The notes below the pieces were generated by a model. The model had not been told where the DNA came from. It saw only the letters and a program-made list of their open reading frames with translations, and made no database searches. This document shows positions 1 to 15,169 of a stretch of DNA of 64,000 bases, one piece after another. Source of the stretch: Rotaria socialis (Eukaryota); contig CAJNYD010000048.1 of NCBI GenBank assembly GCA_905331295.1, positions 186,001-250,000 of the forward strand, in the 5' to 3' direction. Position numbers and translations under genes: made by a program. Positions within the stretch are counted from its first letter, which is position 1. Each line of letters starts with the position of its first letter.

Positions 1-998
1 ATAACTCTAAATCAAAGAGTAAAATCAATATTTCGCTTTTGCACAGACGAAAACAAAAAAATCTTACCGTGCTCATGCGAAAAACTTAGAAGTCGATCGA
101 ATTTTGTTAACAGTGGCTTAATTAAATGAACAACGCCATCTTCAAGCATTTCATAAAGAACAATGAAATCAGCCCAAAATTGTTTTGTTGTCTCATCGAT
201 TAAAATTAGAGATCGGTTGAATTTTTCCTCTTTGATTTCAATATGTTTATATTCATCGTTGATTAATATTTGTTGAAATAAATATAAAGCACATTTTCGT
301 GTACGATCAGTATTCAATGTACAATCACCTAATGAACGTTGTAATAAATACCAAAATGATGGCATTGTAATAAAGAGTTTTATGGATCGTAAATCGATTA
401 GTAACAGAAGAAATAATTCATCATTATTTTTAATTATTGGCAATGTACGAACAAGAATGTCTTCTAGTTTAGTTTGATGATGTTTAGAAAAAAATCGCCA
501 AACATAAGTAAGAAATTTTGGGTCATGTTGACTGTACATTGCTGTTTCTAATTGTGTCCAATCGTAATTTAACGATAATGAAATAGAATGTTCAGTACTG
601 TTGAGTAATTTGCATAGAAGTTCACGAAATTCTAATGTTTGTTCATGGTCAAGAATAATTAGAAGAATATTTTTTATACGATGAAGACGATCTTCTATTT
701 TCATGAAATTTAAACATGCAGATAATAAACGATAGTGATGCATTGATGGTGAATTTTGTAATAAATAATCAAAAAGTTGACTTGAAATTGAAATTGAATC
801 AATGTGTATATTTATTGGTAGAGCGTCTAAAACTTGACTCAGTTCTTCGATTTCTTTTTCTTGTCTACTTGGTTCATTCTGATAGGTAAGAATATTTGAC
901 ATGGATGTTGTAATATGATTTGATAAATCATTGAGATTTAAAAATGATGCCAAAAGTTCCATTTTATCTAAAGAAAAATTAAAAGTTTTACTTTTCAT
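1..998 (-). CDS. TARBP1: TARBP1/Trm3-like tRNA 2'-O-methyltransferase, N-terminal part (gene continues beyond window start)
   Basis: Long exon 998-68 with RKCALYLF and FWADFIVLYEMLEDGVVHLIKPLLTKF, resembling the conserved N-terminal block of TARBP1. GT donor at 67 and AG acceptor at 8-7 give a 61-nt intron. The SpoU catalytic domain is not in the window. Confidence 0.65.
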
Positions 999-2708
999 AA
1001 ATTTGAATTAAGATTTCTAATAGAAATCTGATGAAAAAGATTCATCAAGTCATGGAATTCGTGTTTTCTCAAGCAAACATCTATCACTGTATGCATAACC
1101 CCTATAATCTCGTCTATTAAAATCGATTTCTACGCACTTTCTCTTATAGGCAATTCGCATGTTAAGCTACAGTGCAACGAAGCAATTCTTTCCATTGAAT
1201 ATATTGCGAAGCGACAATGGGAGAAAGTTTCAGATGGCTGTTTCTAATAGAATGTAATCACTGGTTCATTGCATCATAGCAAAGTGTTTGAAAAAAATAT
1301 TCATGTTAACTCAGTGCCTAATGATGGATAATGGAGTAATTCGAAATTGAGTAGGATTAAAAATGTCTTTGAAAAAGAATCGGTTAGATAACTATGACAT
1401 AGAGCTAACTCAGATACAACTACGTCTGAAATATTTTACATCAGCGCGATTGACCGTTTACAATCAGGCATTTATTTGTGGGAAAGTGATTGATCACCAG
1501 GAATGGCATTTCTCGCGAGACAAATTATCTAAGCACAATATGAATCGATATATACGTTAAACATAAATGTATTTATATTGATATCTTGGGAAATAATTTA
1601 TCAATGTTCAGCTGACCTAGTTTAATTGATGGTTGTCTGAATTCATTTACTTTTCTGTAGGAATATAGAATTTGATTCAATTAAAATATTGAATTTGATG
1701 CGTTCGAGAAAAGTGCTTATGAAGAAACTGTTTTTTTTCTAGAAAAAGATTAGACTTTTAAAATCAAAAGTACCTTTGGTACTGAGCACTTACGCAAAGT
1801 ACTTGATAATGAAAATACACTGACGTACAAATTAGATCAATGCTGGTTTTTTTCTCAAGAAATTTCTTATCCAATCGATGGAACTAACAATATAGATGAC
1901 GCCTGTTTCTTTATACATATATGGACACAGTCCGACGGACTTATAATTTTAGAACACACACTAAAATAGTCTTAGTCAATATTTTACGTTTATGCATCTT
2001 TTGCAAAAATACTAGACAAGAAAAACGTCAGAATGTAATGTAAAATAGAAATAGGTCGATCAACTAGCTATCAATACACTCACGCTTGAGTCGGAATAAA
2101 AAGAAATCCTTTCTAATAGCTATATAATAGTATAAATATGTAATGTTTTTGTTTTTACTGTTTATAGTTTGAAACACTTGACGGTTACTATAGAATGAAG
2201 CACAAGCTGGCTTTGAGATTATACTGTTGTTTATTGTTAATTTATCTAAAAGAGTCTACTGCACCTACTCGCATAGATTTCTCATTGATTGTATTCATTG
2301 TATTATTGAAAATGATTAAATTATGACCACTTTATATTTTATTTCTTATTAATATATCAAGGTAGTGCCTGTTATTCTAAACATAGCAAGTAATTTACGA
2401 CTGATGCCTTTGATACACTTCTTATTACATTATTCGTGGTCTGTGCTTATTCTCACCTATACCCTCATCCTACTTATTGAAAGATTAGCCACGCTACGCA
2501 ATTTTCGTTTTCATGAGAATCATAACATACTTTTTTCTACCGTGTGAGTATGAAAAGTAAATAATATAGATTCAAAGTGAATCGATATAATAATCCGACA
2601 GACAGCAATATAATTTTTTTAAAGCTTTGTTTGCTAACATCACTCTTTGAAAAATAGGTCACTATTTTAGATTGTTATTGGAGATATTTGCTCAAAGATT
2701 TTCACTTA

Positions 2709-4940
2709 ATGGCGAATTATGAATTAAGTTTACTTGTTCCGAACATAGATTTTGATGATATTCTTCACGATAAATTTTCGCATGTAAGTCGGTATGTGTT
2801 CTCAATTATGTTGTTTTAGATGAACTTTGTCCTTTTTTTTTGCATAGCATCAAACCTATTATTCAGGGTCCAAACGTTTTCTCGTCAACCAGTCTAGTCG
2901 ATGCAGTCAAATTTGTTCTTGACAATATTATAGGCGACGGAAGTTATGCAACGTCAAGTGTGCCAATAGTCAATCAAGAAAATCATATTAAATTACAAAA
3001 AGCTTATATGTTATTTAATAAAGATAATACAATTAATGGGCCTTTATTTGAATTGCTCAAAAATGAGCTGTTCTGAAAATGCAATGAAACAAATGAATTT
3101 TAAATTTTATTATATTTTCAACCTTGACTATCGGCCACGAAGAACTTGCTAAAATCTTCCTCTTTTCTATTCCCGGGTAAGTCATGAGTGAAAGAGAATA
3201 TGTATGGTTCCCACCGTTGTCGAAATTTCACTTCATCCGGCTCTCAAAAACAAAAGTCGCCCTTCGTGTAACTAAAATATAGTATGTGAATAAAACTCTA
3301 TACTGTAAGTGTTAATGGGAGCCGTAATACCGTTTTCTCTGCAGAAAGCGTTGATATTCATTTTGATACGAGCGCGTATGTGATTCAACTCAATAACATC
3401 AGTAACAATTTTATTCGACTATTTTAATTAAAGAATTTTCATGATTTTCAATTAGATTCGACAAGGGAACCATTTTATTCAATGGCAGAGGGACAAAGTG
3501 TCAACAGTATCCATGAACCTATTCAAAGTAAAAGTCAATCAGAAAGAAAAAGTGATAATTATTCGTGATTTATTTAGTTTCATCGATGGATACCACTTCT
3601 AATTTTACTGGTGAAATAAATCTATGTATGTATAAAACAAAATTTGATTCATTTTTAACGTTTGTATTTTATATTTTGACAGCCAACTTGAGTCAGATAG
3701 ATGTTAAAGCTGAATCTCATTTTTTACTGAAACAATTAACCGACAACATATTAGGATTAGCTCGACGACGTTCCATAGATGCTCAGGCTATTTATGAAGT
3801 GTGTCAACCATTCCGTAACATGCTTAAGTTTTATGAGACGAATATATATATATATATAATGTGCTTTCAGTTTCTGATATTAATTCATCTCATCTTTCAT
3901 CTGATGAAGAGATTATTGCTGCTTTCGAAGCAGGTACAACTTGCTTTTCCAAGCTTATTGATACAGTGAAACATTCAATGACCGTCTAACGTATTGATCT
4001 CTCGCAATTCACGCTTACCAATCATATAAATCATCAAACTTGTGGAAGTAATCGAACAAATATAAAGCCAATGCCAAAGCATGATTCAATACGCTACGAT
4101 GTACCGATCACGACTAAACCATTAAAAAGTGCACATCATTGTCGATATTTGAAAGAATTTGCAGCGGCGATTAGTGCTCCAGTGAGATGCATAAATTCTG
4201 GACAACGAGATTCAACAGAAATAAAGGTATGATGTTGTTAAAAATCATTTGCAACCAATAATTCAATTTTATTTAGATTCCTCCCATTGATTAGAATGAT
4301 CTATTATATCTTGTCATTGAATCGCAAGATCTCAATGAACAAATTCATTGTTCAAAAATTGTCGTCCCAGAACAAACAAGGGCAACGAATGAAATATTGA
4401 TAAAGCATAATGATCTGAAATGTTTAAGATTTGATCTATGCCCTCCAAAATATGAATATGATCTGGAGACGAGACGAATCTACTCAAAAATAACAAGAGA
4501 GGAATATCAACATTTAAAAGAAGAGTAAGGATTTATTTTAACTTCTATTATCTAATTGAAGAATATATTATTTATAGAATTAAAATCCATATAATCAATT
4601 TATATCAAACAAATGAAATAAATCGAGCTCTAATGAGAGATCAGCAACGCATATAATTCAAGCTCGTTTTATACTTATGTATGGTTGAACATGCAATCTG
4701 CAAACGTGCTTCTAAAATGTTTCATGCTAATATAATGAAAAAAGGTTAGACTTTTGAATACTTCATTTTTTTTTAAATTCCGCTTTGGTTTTAATTGCAG
4801 TCGCCGAGAAAAAACCTGTCGCAAAACGACCGAGAATAGTAACTGAAAAACCTGCTAGGAAATCAGCAAAGAAAGTAACAAATAAGTTAGCCAGACGGCA
4901 AGCGAAAAAAGTAACTAAAAAACTTATCGGCATACATTAA
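2709..4940 (+). pseudogene. Rel-homology-like array copy 1 (pseudogene)
   Basis: Exons translate to ITTKPLKSAHHCRYLKE...GQRDSTEIK | IPPID*NDLLYLVI..HCSKIVVP...IYSKIT | IKIHIINLYQ...*FKLVLYLC | VAEKKPVAKRPR...*. Homologous to copies 2 and 5 with the same intron positions. In-frame TAG at 4292-4294 and TAA at 4654-4656; 5' exons are out of frame. Confidence 0.75.
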
Positions 4941-7900
4941 AAATACGACAAATTAATCAGAGCAAACAACGTTTGAAGTTTCAATAACGCTATTAATTAA
5001 TTAAGAATAAGTTTATTTTAGTGTTTCTCTTTCCTCATCTCACTTTGATCATTTTGTAACTAAATATCTTATTTTGTCGAACTCACATATATTTTCGAAG
5101 AAAATGGTGAGCGTAAGTTTAAAAGCGAGATTTTTGCGGCTGACCATCCCCTCCCCATTACAAACATTAATGAGTTGAAAATTGTGCTAATTAGGAGCTT
5201 GACTAATTAGGCTGCTATTTTTTCCTTTTTTTCATTGCAGATTACACGAACAAGCAATGTTTGCCCATTACAGACCATAGAAAACTAGTATCTGTCATTG
5301 TTAAATATACGAACTAACAATTAATACTCGATTACAGACATAAGCGCAAATAGGCAATGATCTAACTATAGGTTTTGGAAATCAGGGTAGATTTTTCAGA
5401 TGGATTATTTTGAATTACTTTAGTAAGCCGAAGGGATATATGTGAGTTCCACATTTTAGTCCCAAAGGAGCTGCGCTAACAAGCTTTTTCTGGTATTTGA
5501 GCAGTTCAAATATTTCCTAAACAATGAACTTTCTTCTAAAGAGAATACATTAGATTTACAAAAAGAACTTTCAATTTTTGTATTATTATTTTGCATTTGT
5601 TAAAAAAAAGTTATCTACTGTTCTTTTTGTCAACATTCTTACATCTGACGGAACAATGACGGTTAAGTGTGTGTTGATTCTCATGGGCTTTGCCATAAAT
5701 TATTTGCAAAAGAACACATGATAGTAAGTTTTAATGATATCTAGTGACGAAACTTACTGTTGACATGACTCAAAGTTCACATGGATAATCAAATCAATTC
5801 ATTTATCAAGAGTAGTTGAATAAAATTTTGCAAAGAAACTGAATGCAGAGTGTATCGCATGGCGAAATTTCACAACAGAACCTTCTCGACGTTGGAAAAG
5901 ACGGAGAAGGACAATTTTTATGAGTAATGTAATCTCTCTTGTATGAGTACTCTTTAAGCTGCAAGGCTATTTTTAGCGAAAATGAATATTCATCAGCCCA
6001 TTTAAAAATTTTTGCTGCCTGCGTCAAACCTTTCACCTTCACAAGTCACAAAGGTACATAGAGACTACTGTTATTTTCACCGAAAGTATCAGTGCTTCAC
6101 GCATATTTTTTATTACATCAGTAAGAATGAAACAATTTCTTACGAAATTAAAGTGCAAGATTTATTTTTGGACTGATCTATCGACTGCAATACTATGGGG
6201 TCAGGTCATAAGGTTTAGAAATTGAAGTAAGGCTTGTAATGTCCTTTAGTAGATGTTATTTTTTTCGATTCGATAGAGAGCGTTTTTATAAAGGTCTTGC
6301 AGTTGTTCATTAAGAGTCGATACAAAGAGTAATTAGGTGATATTGTTGTTTCATTATGTATGTATTATGAGTTTGCTTTTTCAAAATCAAGTTATATAAT
6401 AATGTCAATATTAGGAGCAAGGGGGAGTTCTCGAGTTAATCAGTTATTTTGAAACTTGAAGTCACTACCCCATGCATTCTGTAGTGAATTATAAATATCA
6501 CGAAAATACTTCACACCTTCGAATGATTACTTTAGAGAACGTGTATTTTATATTTTCTCTTTCCAAAATTAACACTGAACTTCTACGGAGGAACATAAAT
6601 AATATTTCGTATCAAATTTTGACTAGCGTTTTTCTAAGAAATAGATCTTGGAAAGACGAGTTTGTTTTGTGAATTTCAGATTTTTGATTCGATTCTTTGC
6701 TGAAATTTGCATAATGAACTGTATTCGATACCATCACGGTCGGTTATTACCTGAAAAAATACCACAACAAATTATTACGGTAAGAGTTCGAAGTTTTTTG
6801 GCACTTTCACAAACTCACTGAGATCTCAGTGAAAACAATGGCTCGATTAAAAAGTGATCGATACGTTGTCCAGCCGCCTTACGGGGGCATAAATTTGACA
6901 TTCAGAATTAAATTTTTCCTACTCGAAATTTTTACCAAATGTATACCTTAACAAGACTATGATATTAACGGTTGTAACTTAAGATATCAGCGATCATTAT
7001 AGTATCCATCGGCTGAATCAATTCCTATATTGAATTAATTGCTTAATATGTGTCGCATCTTCTTCTACAGTATATTTCATCATCGACGAAAACAGATATG
7101 TATTAGACGTAACAAATTATGAAATGTATTGCGACGATAAATTTGTTTATTATCTAAAGGAAGTAAATATATAAACATGATGAGTAATGTAGGAAGTCAC
7201 TTTGAGCAAATTAGTACCTAGGGTTATACAATTAGTTATTATTCTCTCACTATTTAGCCAATCATCATTCTCTCGCTGTTATCGTTTCATAGAAATGATC
7301 CATGATAATTTTTGCGCTTGCTCAATTATGCTCATATTTCGTAAGACAGTATCAAAGGCCATCTTTCGACTTGCTCTAAGATATTTTCCATGTTTATTCT
7401 AAGTCTGATATCATACTGGCTCGATTGTCAAGAAGAGTTGGTAACTTCCAACTGAGATGAGTACGTTGAATATAAATTCCTAGATATAAATCGATGGCAG
7501 TTACAGAACTACAACTCTTACCCACACTGAGTATTCATGCATTTCTATTATTTCATATTTCATTTTGTCATCGAATTCTTTGCATCTCTGTTGGAAATAA
7601 AGTATTGTATACATTACAAAATGTGTAAATAATGATGTTCGTGTTTCGGAGAGCTAACTATAAATTTCTCCAAGGAAGTGTTTAGTAGGTAATTCTCCGA
7701 GTAGTTTTGAAAAATACCCATTGATGTAGATATATAAGAAGCTATTATTTAGTACAATCGATGTAAGTACAAAAAATTATTAACCACAGATTGTAAATTT
7801 TCATTAATCGTATTCAGAATATTTTTACCATATTATTTAACAATTCATTTCATAGCTAAATGAAATACAGTTTAAAATGTAAACACGAATAGAACAGCTA

Positions 7901-9247
7901 ACCTGAGTATTATTCAGTTTACAATTAAAAATTCGCCTATAACAGCCACTGTTTTTTAGAAGTTTTGTCTTTGATCTAGTAGAAGATTCCTGCACATCAG
8001 TTCATTTCTCACTAAATTAGAATTTTACTTAATAGAACTATGTCTCACTGGGCATAATTTGCAGTATTTTATCCAAGGAAATCTTTAACAGCTGAGGAAA
8101 ATATTATCTTATAATTTGTAATTTCCCTAACGAAATATTTCATAGTTTAAGTTATCTTTTTAGTTAAAACTTACAAAAATAAATCAGATACAATAGCAGA
8201 CCCGGACTCCTATAGTAAAAGAAAAAGGTTCTTTAGGTAGCTTACATATCGATTATAGTGTTGTTTCATAATAAAAATACCATAGTTTTTGAGGAAATTA
8301 TACATAATAAACTCATTTCACCAAGTTTCAGTTATAATTCTAAGTGAAGTACATAATTCAATTCTTTTTAAGATAAATCCAAATTTCGATCCATTACCAT
8401 CATGCTTTTATTTGCTCCTCTATTTCTTGTGATCTAATTTATATATGCTGGCAGTTTTATTAACAAAAATCTTTCAACTGTTGTCACTCAAGTTTTATTT
8501 TGTTTGATTCAGAACATAATATATTTACTGATAATGACACATGAGCGGTTGCAAAATGGTTTCGTTTTTATAAAAACAACCTTGAAAGGCGGGGGCAACA
8601 TAAATATTTACTTGTGGGAGGTGTGATTCACATTTTTGTCCAAGTCGTCACGATGACTCTTTTGCGTATATTTATCTTATAGTCACTTTTTTTTCTTTGG
8701 TAGCATAAAGAAAGAGAAGAAGCAAGCGCCCTTGAATTGCTTCTACGTTAAAACGAGCAGCCAGACAAGTAACAGATAGTAATATTCCAATCTGTGATTT
8801 ATCCTTGGTGGAATTGTCCGAGTGTTAGTTATGAAACGTAATTATGAAAGCGTATCAGCTGTCATTAGACTCACATAAACGCACGATTTTTCAAGTTAAT
8901 GCTACACAAAAATGTATACACCAATTTCGTTTCATCGAAATTTGTTTTTGTTGAATTTACACGTGAATACTTAGTGGTAGCTTTTTAATGCAGAACGAGT
9001 AAGAAAAAAAATAGTTTTTCAAGTGCATACATTAATTTTGTCGATAGCAGCTAAATTTAGCACACAATCAAATGCAATAACTCATAATAGAATCATATTG
9101 AGAGATGACATTCATTTAAATAGATATAATCTGCAGTGCTCTTGTTTTAATATTATTTAACTGAGCTGATATTTCTTTTTCTAGTCGTCGTTTACAATTG
9201 CCTCAATAATTAAATATTTTTCATTTATATTTCAGACTTTATTATTC

Positions 9248-10433
9248 ATGCCGAATCAAGGATCTACGTGCCCTTCATCACCACAAACTATGCCTATGAT
9301 ATACAGTGATGCTGGTATGTATACATACATAATTAGATATTATTTGAAAGAAAAAAAATCAAATTGATTCTTTAGTATTTAAACAATAAATATAGATATT
9401 TCATTTGTTTTTTTTAATCTATTTAGAAATGGATACGAATGAAAACTCATATGAATCAGATGTTGAATTCTGTGATAAAGGTGTACCAGACTCCCCTCTG
9501 GATTTAACAATTAATAGTATACGTTATCCATCTGCTAAACGACCAATATCCAATCAAGATCCATTACCATTATCTGAAACTGCACTCCCAAAACCTAGTC
9601 ATATTTTTGCTCCACCAATGGTAGGAACTTTTGTATTGCCATCGCCACTAATAGTAACGCAACCAAAAGCGGAATGGCACTATCGAAGTATGAAAGATTT
9701 AGCGAAAAAACATATTCCATATTTGTCTGGCGATGGTCCTCAACGCACACCAATTCGAATAAAAGTAATATTTTCATTTCTCTACCATAACAATCGATCA
9801 TATAAAAACCTATTTCCTTTAAAGGTTCCTCCAATAACTGATCGTCAATTGTATCTTGCTGTGAACGTTGTAACCATCGATGATCAATGTCATGTTTCGA
9901 AAGTTATTGTACCACCACGAACCAGTGTAATAGAAAGTCAACTATCTCGTGATAACAATCTTGCCCGTTTAAATTTCGATGCATGTAATCCAACAGATTA
10001 TTTCGATCCCTCGTCAAGGTGCGTTTATTTTCAAATCAATTCTGAAGAGTGCGCTGCTGGATTAAAAGAGTAAGTGATTGACATCTTCTTTTTTTCAAAG
10101 CTTCTACTATGACTTTAATTTTCTTATTTAGAGTACGATTTCACATGTTTAATTTATATCAAAATCACATGATAACTAAAGATATAATCGAATCGAACCA
10201 GTTAGATTCATGTAAGCTAGCTTTCTGGTTCTGCGTCCTTGATAATAACCATTTTGAACCTGTGTCTTTGCCAACATATTCAGTCATTATTCGAGAGAGT
10301 AAATATCATTGATTGTTTGTTACTTCTCATCTATCATATTTTGTATGTAGGTAAATTAACGAGCCGACCTCGTGTGTCACAAAAAAAAATCAATCAAGGA
10401 CATGCATGTCTGCTAGATCCACGTGAATTATAA
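9248..10433 (+). CDS. Rel-homology-like array copy 2 (intact, 5 coding exons, short N-terminus plus RHD-like domain)
   Basis: Spliced ORF MPNQGST...|EMDT...LIVTQPKAEWHYRSMKDL...GPQRTPIRIK|VPP...YLAVNVVT..HVSKVIVP...|EVRFHMFNLYQ...CKLAFWFC...EPVSLPTYSVIIRE|...PREL*. Canonical GT-AG introns, no stops; AATAAA near 10579. Confidence 0.8.
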
Positions 10434-10600
10434 GAACATTTTAGTCATGAAATATCGAATAGTGCTACTGATCATCTTCCCGATCGTTGTTAAAAAGTCT
10501 TTCTCCAAAGTCTTTGTGTTGCATTTCTCAAATATTTTGTACCATATGTTTGAATTTTATTGTATTATTTTTGTCTTTAATAAAAGTTAATTTATGAATA

Positions 10601-11997
10601 TGAGTGAATTGCAACTTTTTGGTACATTTTGCGTTTTAGCTGTATTTGTCTAATAACTTTTTTCCTCTCAGCCGATTTTGATAATTTTTTCATCAGCTAT
10701 TGAGTCTAGTCTGTTCCACTGACACACAAAATTTCAGCTCTCTACCTCAAACAGTCGCTGAGTTATAAGGAAAACATGACAAAAAAATGTTAGTTTTTAC
10801 TGACGCGAGAAGAAAAATTAATTTTTGGACTATAGAACAGCAAGAGAAAAAATATTTAAATAGGCTATTTTGTACAGCGTTCAATGCTCTATCGAAGTAT
10901 ATTATGGATTTAAATTTTATACTTCATTCTCTCGTTCGTCCAGCGTTCACATTATTTGACAGACACTTTGTATTTTTGTGTAGAATGTGCACAAACGTGA
11001 TTACAGTTCGACTACTGATAGAGCTGATGACGCAGAGATCATACGAAAGGAAAGACAACTCTTTGAGTAACAAAATGGTAAGAAAAAACTCTGTGTTGCT
11101 ACCTTTCCTTATCGATAAAAACAAGAAGACTTTCTGAGAAAAAGGTCATTATACTCACTTTGTAGAATGACAATTTGAAAATTGGATGCTTTATAACTCC
11201 TCGACGATTAGTGCGATTAGGCTTAAATTTTTACTCAAGATATAAACTAACAAGGTCTATCAGTGATAAAAATTTCAGCCCCGAATCATCTTCTATTCCG
11301 GAGAAATTTACATTATACTGAGAAATGTAGAATGACAATTTCAAGAAAAGTATCTAGAATGACAATTTCTCGCGAATATTTTCACTACGGCTCATTTAAA
11401 AATATTTTTTTCAACGTAGTTAAGTGGGAAGCGATCATAGAGTATCATTTGGGAAAAAAATAATGACCTCAAAAGCGAAAATGTTGAAGATGTCGACGGT
11501 TTTTTCGAAAAAAATTATTCAGCATAAACATAAAAAAGCGCACTATTGTCTAGCTTCCATTTTTATTTAAAAATTCGTACCTAGCACGAATTAGGACATG
11601 GTCCGAGATAGCATCGTCAACGTGGTTCTCCATAAAAATGAAAAATGTTTTTTTCGAAATTGCCGTACTCCCCTCCAGGGTTGCTGGTGAATAAAAACAA
11701 ATTTCAATTTTTCGTGACAACTGCATCGACCACTACATCTATGATCATGTACTGATTTCTGCTATATATAAATTTTGAACTTTCAAAGTGTGATTGTTTT
11801 CGCATGGAATCACCCACAAGTAGAAAAAGTCATACATATATAAAAGGGCCATATTTCCGTTAATAATCGATCAAGTGTTAGGAAATATTTTTTGCGCACT
11901 ACTGGCATAGATTGTGATAAAATGCACTACTCAAAAATTGTATAGGTTCACTTTCATCTGTTCGCGTGAATTGTACCAAAAAGTTGCAATGCACTCA
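10601..11997. mobile_element. Non-autonomous DNA transposon with ~26-bp TIRs and TA target duplication
   Basis: Left end TA|TGAGTGAATTGCAACTTTTTGGTACA; right end TGTACCAAAAAGTTGCAATGCACTCA|TA (1 mismatch). Three internal copies of TAGAATGACAATTT. No transposase ORF recognised. Confidence 0.85.
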
Positions 11998-14900
11998 TAT
12001 ATAATTTTACTCTTTTAATTTCTTGAAGATCCAAAACCAGAGAGACTTGCTTCAGTGATCTGTACGTATCTGTTATGATTTTTTTTCAAATACGTTCATG
12101 AAAATATCTAAATATAAAAATGCGTCGCAAGTATTTTATAATCGTGTCACTTGCACTATACGTAATGATAAGAAGCAAAACGGCCAACGTTTATGAACAA
12201 AAGTCATGTGTTAGATTGGATTGAAAATTTTCTTAGAAAACAAAATACTCAGTCAATATAAAGAAAATCAAAAGTTTGGAATCATCAAATTGTGAAAATC
12301 CAATTGCTTTTTCGTCCTACATGTTAAACAGAAAAATCATCAATAAATAGAAATTCGTCGACGATTTTACACAAAAAAAAAACGGAATAGGTGTTAAGTA
12401 ACTAGATAAAAGATTGAGTTTTTTATGCTCTGTTTCTAGATAGTAGAATGGCTATTGCTCGAAATCAATACTTTGCCAAATTCTGAAGATTTTTCATAAT
12501 TAGGCAACGAACAAGTCATTGCATGTAATAGAAAACAAAGGATAGAGAATGCATGTGATCAAAACCACCCAGAGAGCAACTATTTAACACAATTTATTTT
12601 TGAATTTTCCCGAAGTCTCATGCGCATCAAAATTGAATCATTGACGCAAATCCGAATATTTCTCAATCTTTATTTAGTGTATAATTTATTGATAGTAAAT
12701 TCACAATTCGAGATAAATTCAATGCAAAAAACATCTGACTGTGTTTTTTTAGTTTTTGACTTCAATGGTTAATATGTAATTCTAATGCTGATTTAAGCGA
12801 AAATAATTTATGAAAAACAAACGAACACGATTTTACACAGATAGTGGAGGATTTTCTCGTGGCTTAATTTTAATTTACTGCTAATACTGAGTCAATGTGT
12901 AACATGATTCCTCTTCAAATAAAGTAACAAAAGCATGTAGAACTTTTACTACGACAGATTTTTTTCTAAAATGAAACATGTACCGGTAGGGTCATTCTAC
13001 ACAGAAATTGGCTATTTGGAAAACAAAATTATTTCATAAAGAAAATAGACCAACAGATATAAATATTGAACAGAGCATTTTACTGCTAGCCATATAATAC
13101 TCGCATATGTCCGCTCTCATATCCTGTGTAGCATTGTAGTTCATACGCGCGTTGGATTTTTTCATAATTTATTTACTTTTTGAACTCCTTAAAGTTTCAC
13201 AAAAATTCGCCATACGTAGCAAATCTTTCAAAATGATATTAAAACTAGTCGATAACGTAATTTATACTGAGAGAACCAGAACATTTTGTTTTCTTGAGTT
13301 TAGAAACTCAGTATTGAAATCATACAAAGAACATTTCTCAATATATATATTCTTGTATATAAACTCAACTCGATGACAACAATATTATTGAATCAGGAAA
13401 ATTCCTCGTTACGAATGATTGAAAATCTACATATCGAATGAGTGTAAGACACAGGCTACTTGGCTTCTTATTTATAAACAAGTTGGTTCTTTTTCATATC
13501 GAAAAAAAGTTTTTGGTTGGATTGGTTTTTTCCTCTCTTGCAAATGGAGCTGTTTATGTTTACATTTGATATGGGACACGTTTGTTTTCTCTGCATCTAC
13601 AAAATAGCTGTCTGTATGCTTTTTTGTTTAAATAACTACTTTTACCACACACACAAAATCTCCTCGAGTTATCACATTTGATGTGAATCATGCAAATATT
13701 GAGATATTATTAATTTCAATTTCAAATAAAGCGAAAACTTGAAGAGTGTCTACTATAAATCGTATAAAAATGATTATTATGAAAATAAAAATTGATGTAT
13801 TTATTTCACATATGAATTACAAAAACATATATTTCGTATTATTCAATTCAAAAGATCAGTTCAACGAATAGACTTGAATCGTACACAACATATATGACGA
13901 TTGGCATCTATAGTATTCCAAGTAAAATTGAAACCCACTTTCACACGTTTTCTCAGATTGTTGAAGACCAATTAAATGATAGAGATGTAGTCTAAATCGC
14001 ATACTCATTTGATAAAGAAATATAGGGAGTAACTATTTTTACACCAAATAGAAATCAAAATAATAGCTAACATGATTTAAAATAATGTTAATAGTTTGAT
14101 TTGCAACTTCAGAATAATAAATAGTGCCTTGGTATGACTTCCTGAAGTGACCTGTATTAATAGTCTGTTAGTTACACTTAAATCTCTGAAACAAATGAGC
14201 TTTAAAAAATAATTTTTTTTTGAAATCTTCACGTATTAAACGAATGAGTTTGGAAATAAATATTTCTCATCAATTCGCGATGATCGATCATTTTGTTTCA
14301 TCCTCGTTTTCGCCCATGGACGGCTTTGGTAACATATCGATAATTATTTAGCACAAGTTTAAAACTTGCAATCGACATTGAGTACTGCATATTTTGAGAG
14401 ATGATATTACTAAAATAGTTAACATTATAATCTTAAATGTATATTCAAGTAAAAAAAGATCCAATGAGGATGAATTATGCTTCGGCTGATGAGCTCATAA
14501 GATAACAGGTAGATATACGTGACTGATTATTATCTTTGATTTAGGCAACCTTGACGGTGTCTTTCTTCTAAAATAAGCACATGCCGCATGATTCATCACG
14601 ATTGGGAATAAATCAACTGGAATAATATATTTATTTTACCATCGTATTATTCGCTTGTATATAACGAATGTGCAAAGTTTGATGAGATTCATACCAGTTA
14701 TTCGAAAATAAAATTATTTCGATCAAGGATTATAATCAACAACTTTGCTACGAAAAAATAGAAATAATCTTATTTTGCTATTGGTTAAAGAAAAGTAAGC
14801 GAGTGGCACGATATGTGTCATCATATATTGACTTAATAGAGTTTATTTTCTTGGTGGACGTTAAATGATTTCTTCTCTAAATATTTTGTAGTATATCAAC

Positions 14901-15169
14901 TATGAATAATATTAGAAGTTTAATCAAGGCGCAGTCATGCACTGATAGCATGGTTCTCTTGACAAATATTTGCAGGTACATTCATAAGAATCAGTTGAGA
15001 ATCCTAATTTGGGATACCCCAACTTCTTTATGTTCTTTTTTTTCTTCTTTCTTTATGCTTCTCTTTTTTCTTTTTCTTTCTTTATGCTTCTCTTTTTTTT
15101 CCAGTCCACTGCGTATACGTATATATTCATATTAAACGCTAATAGTTTAGATTGTCACTGGAACGAAAT

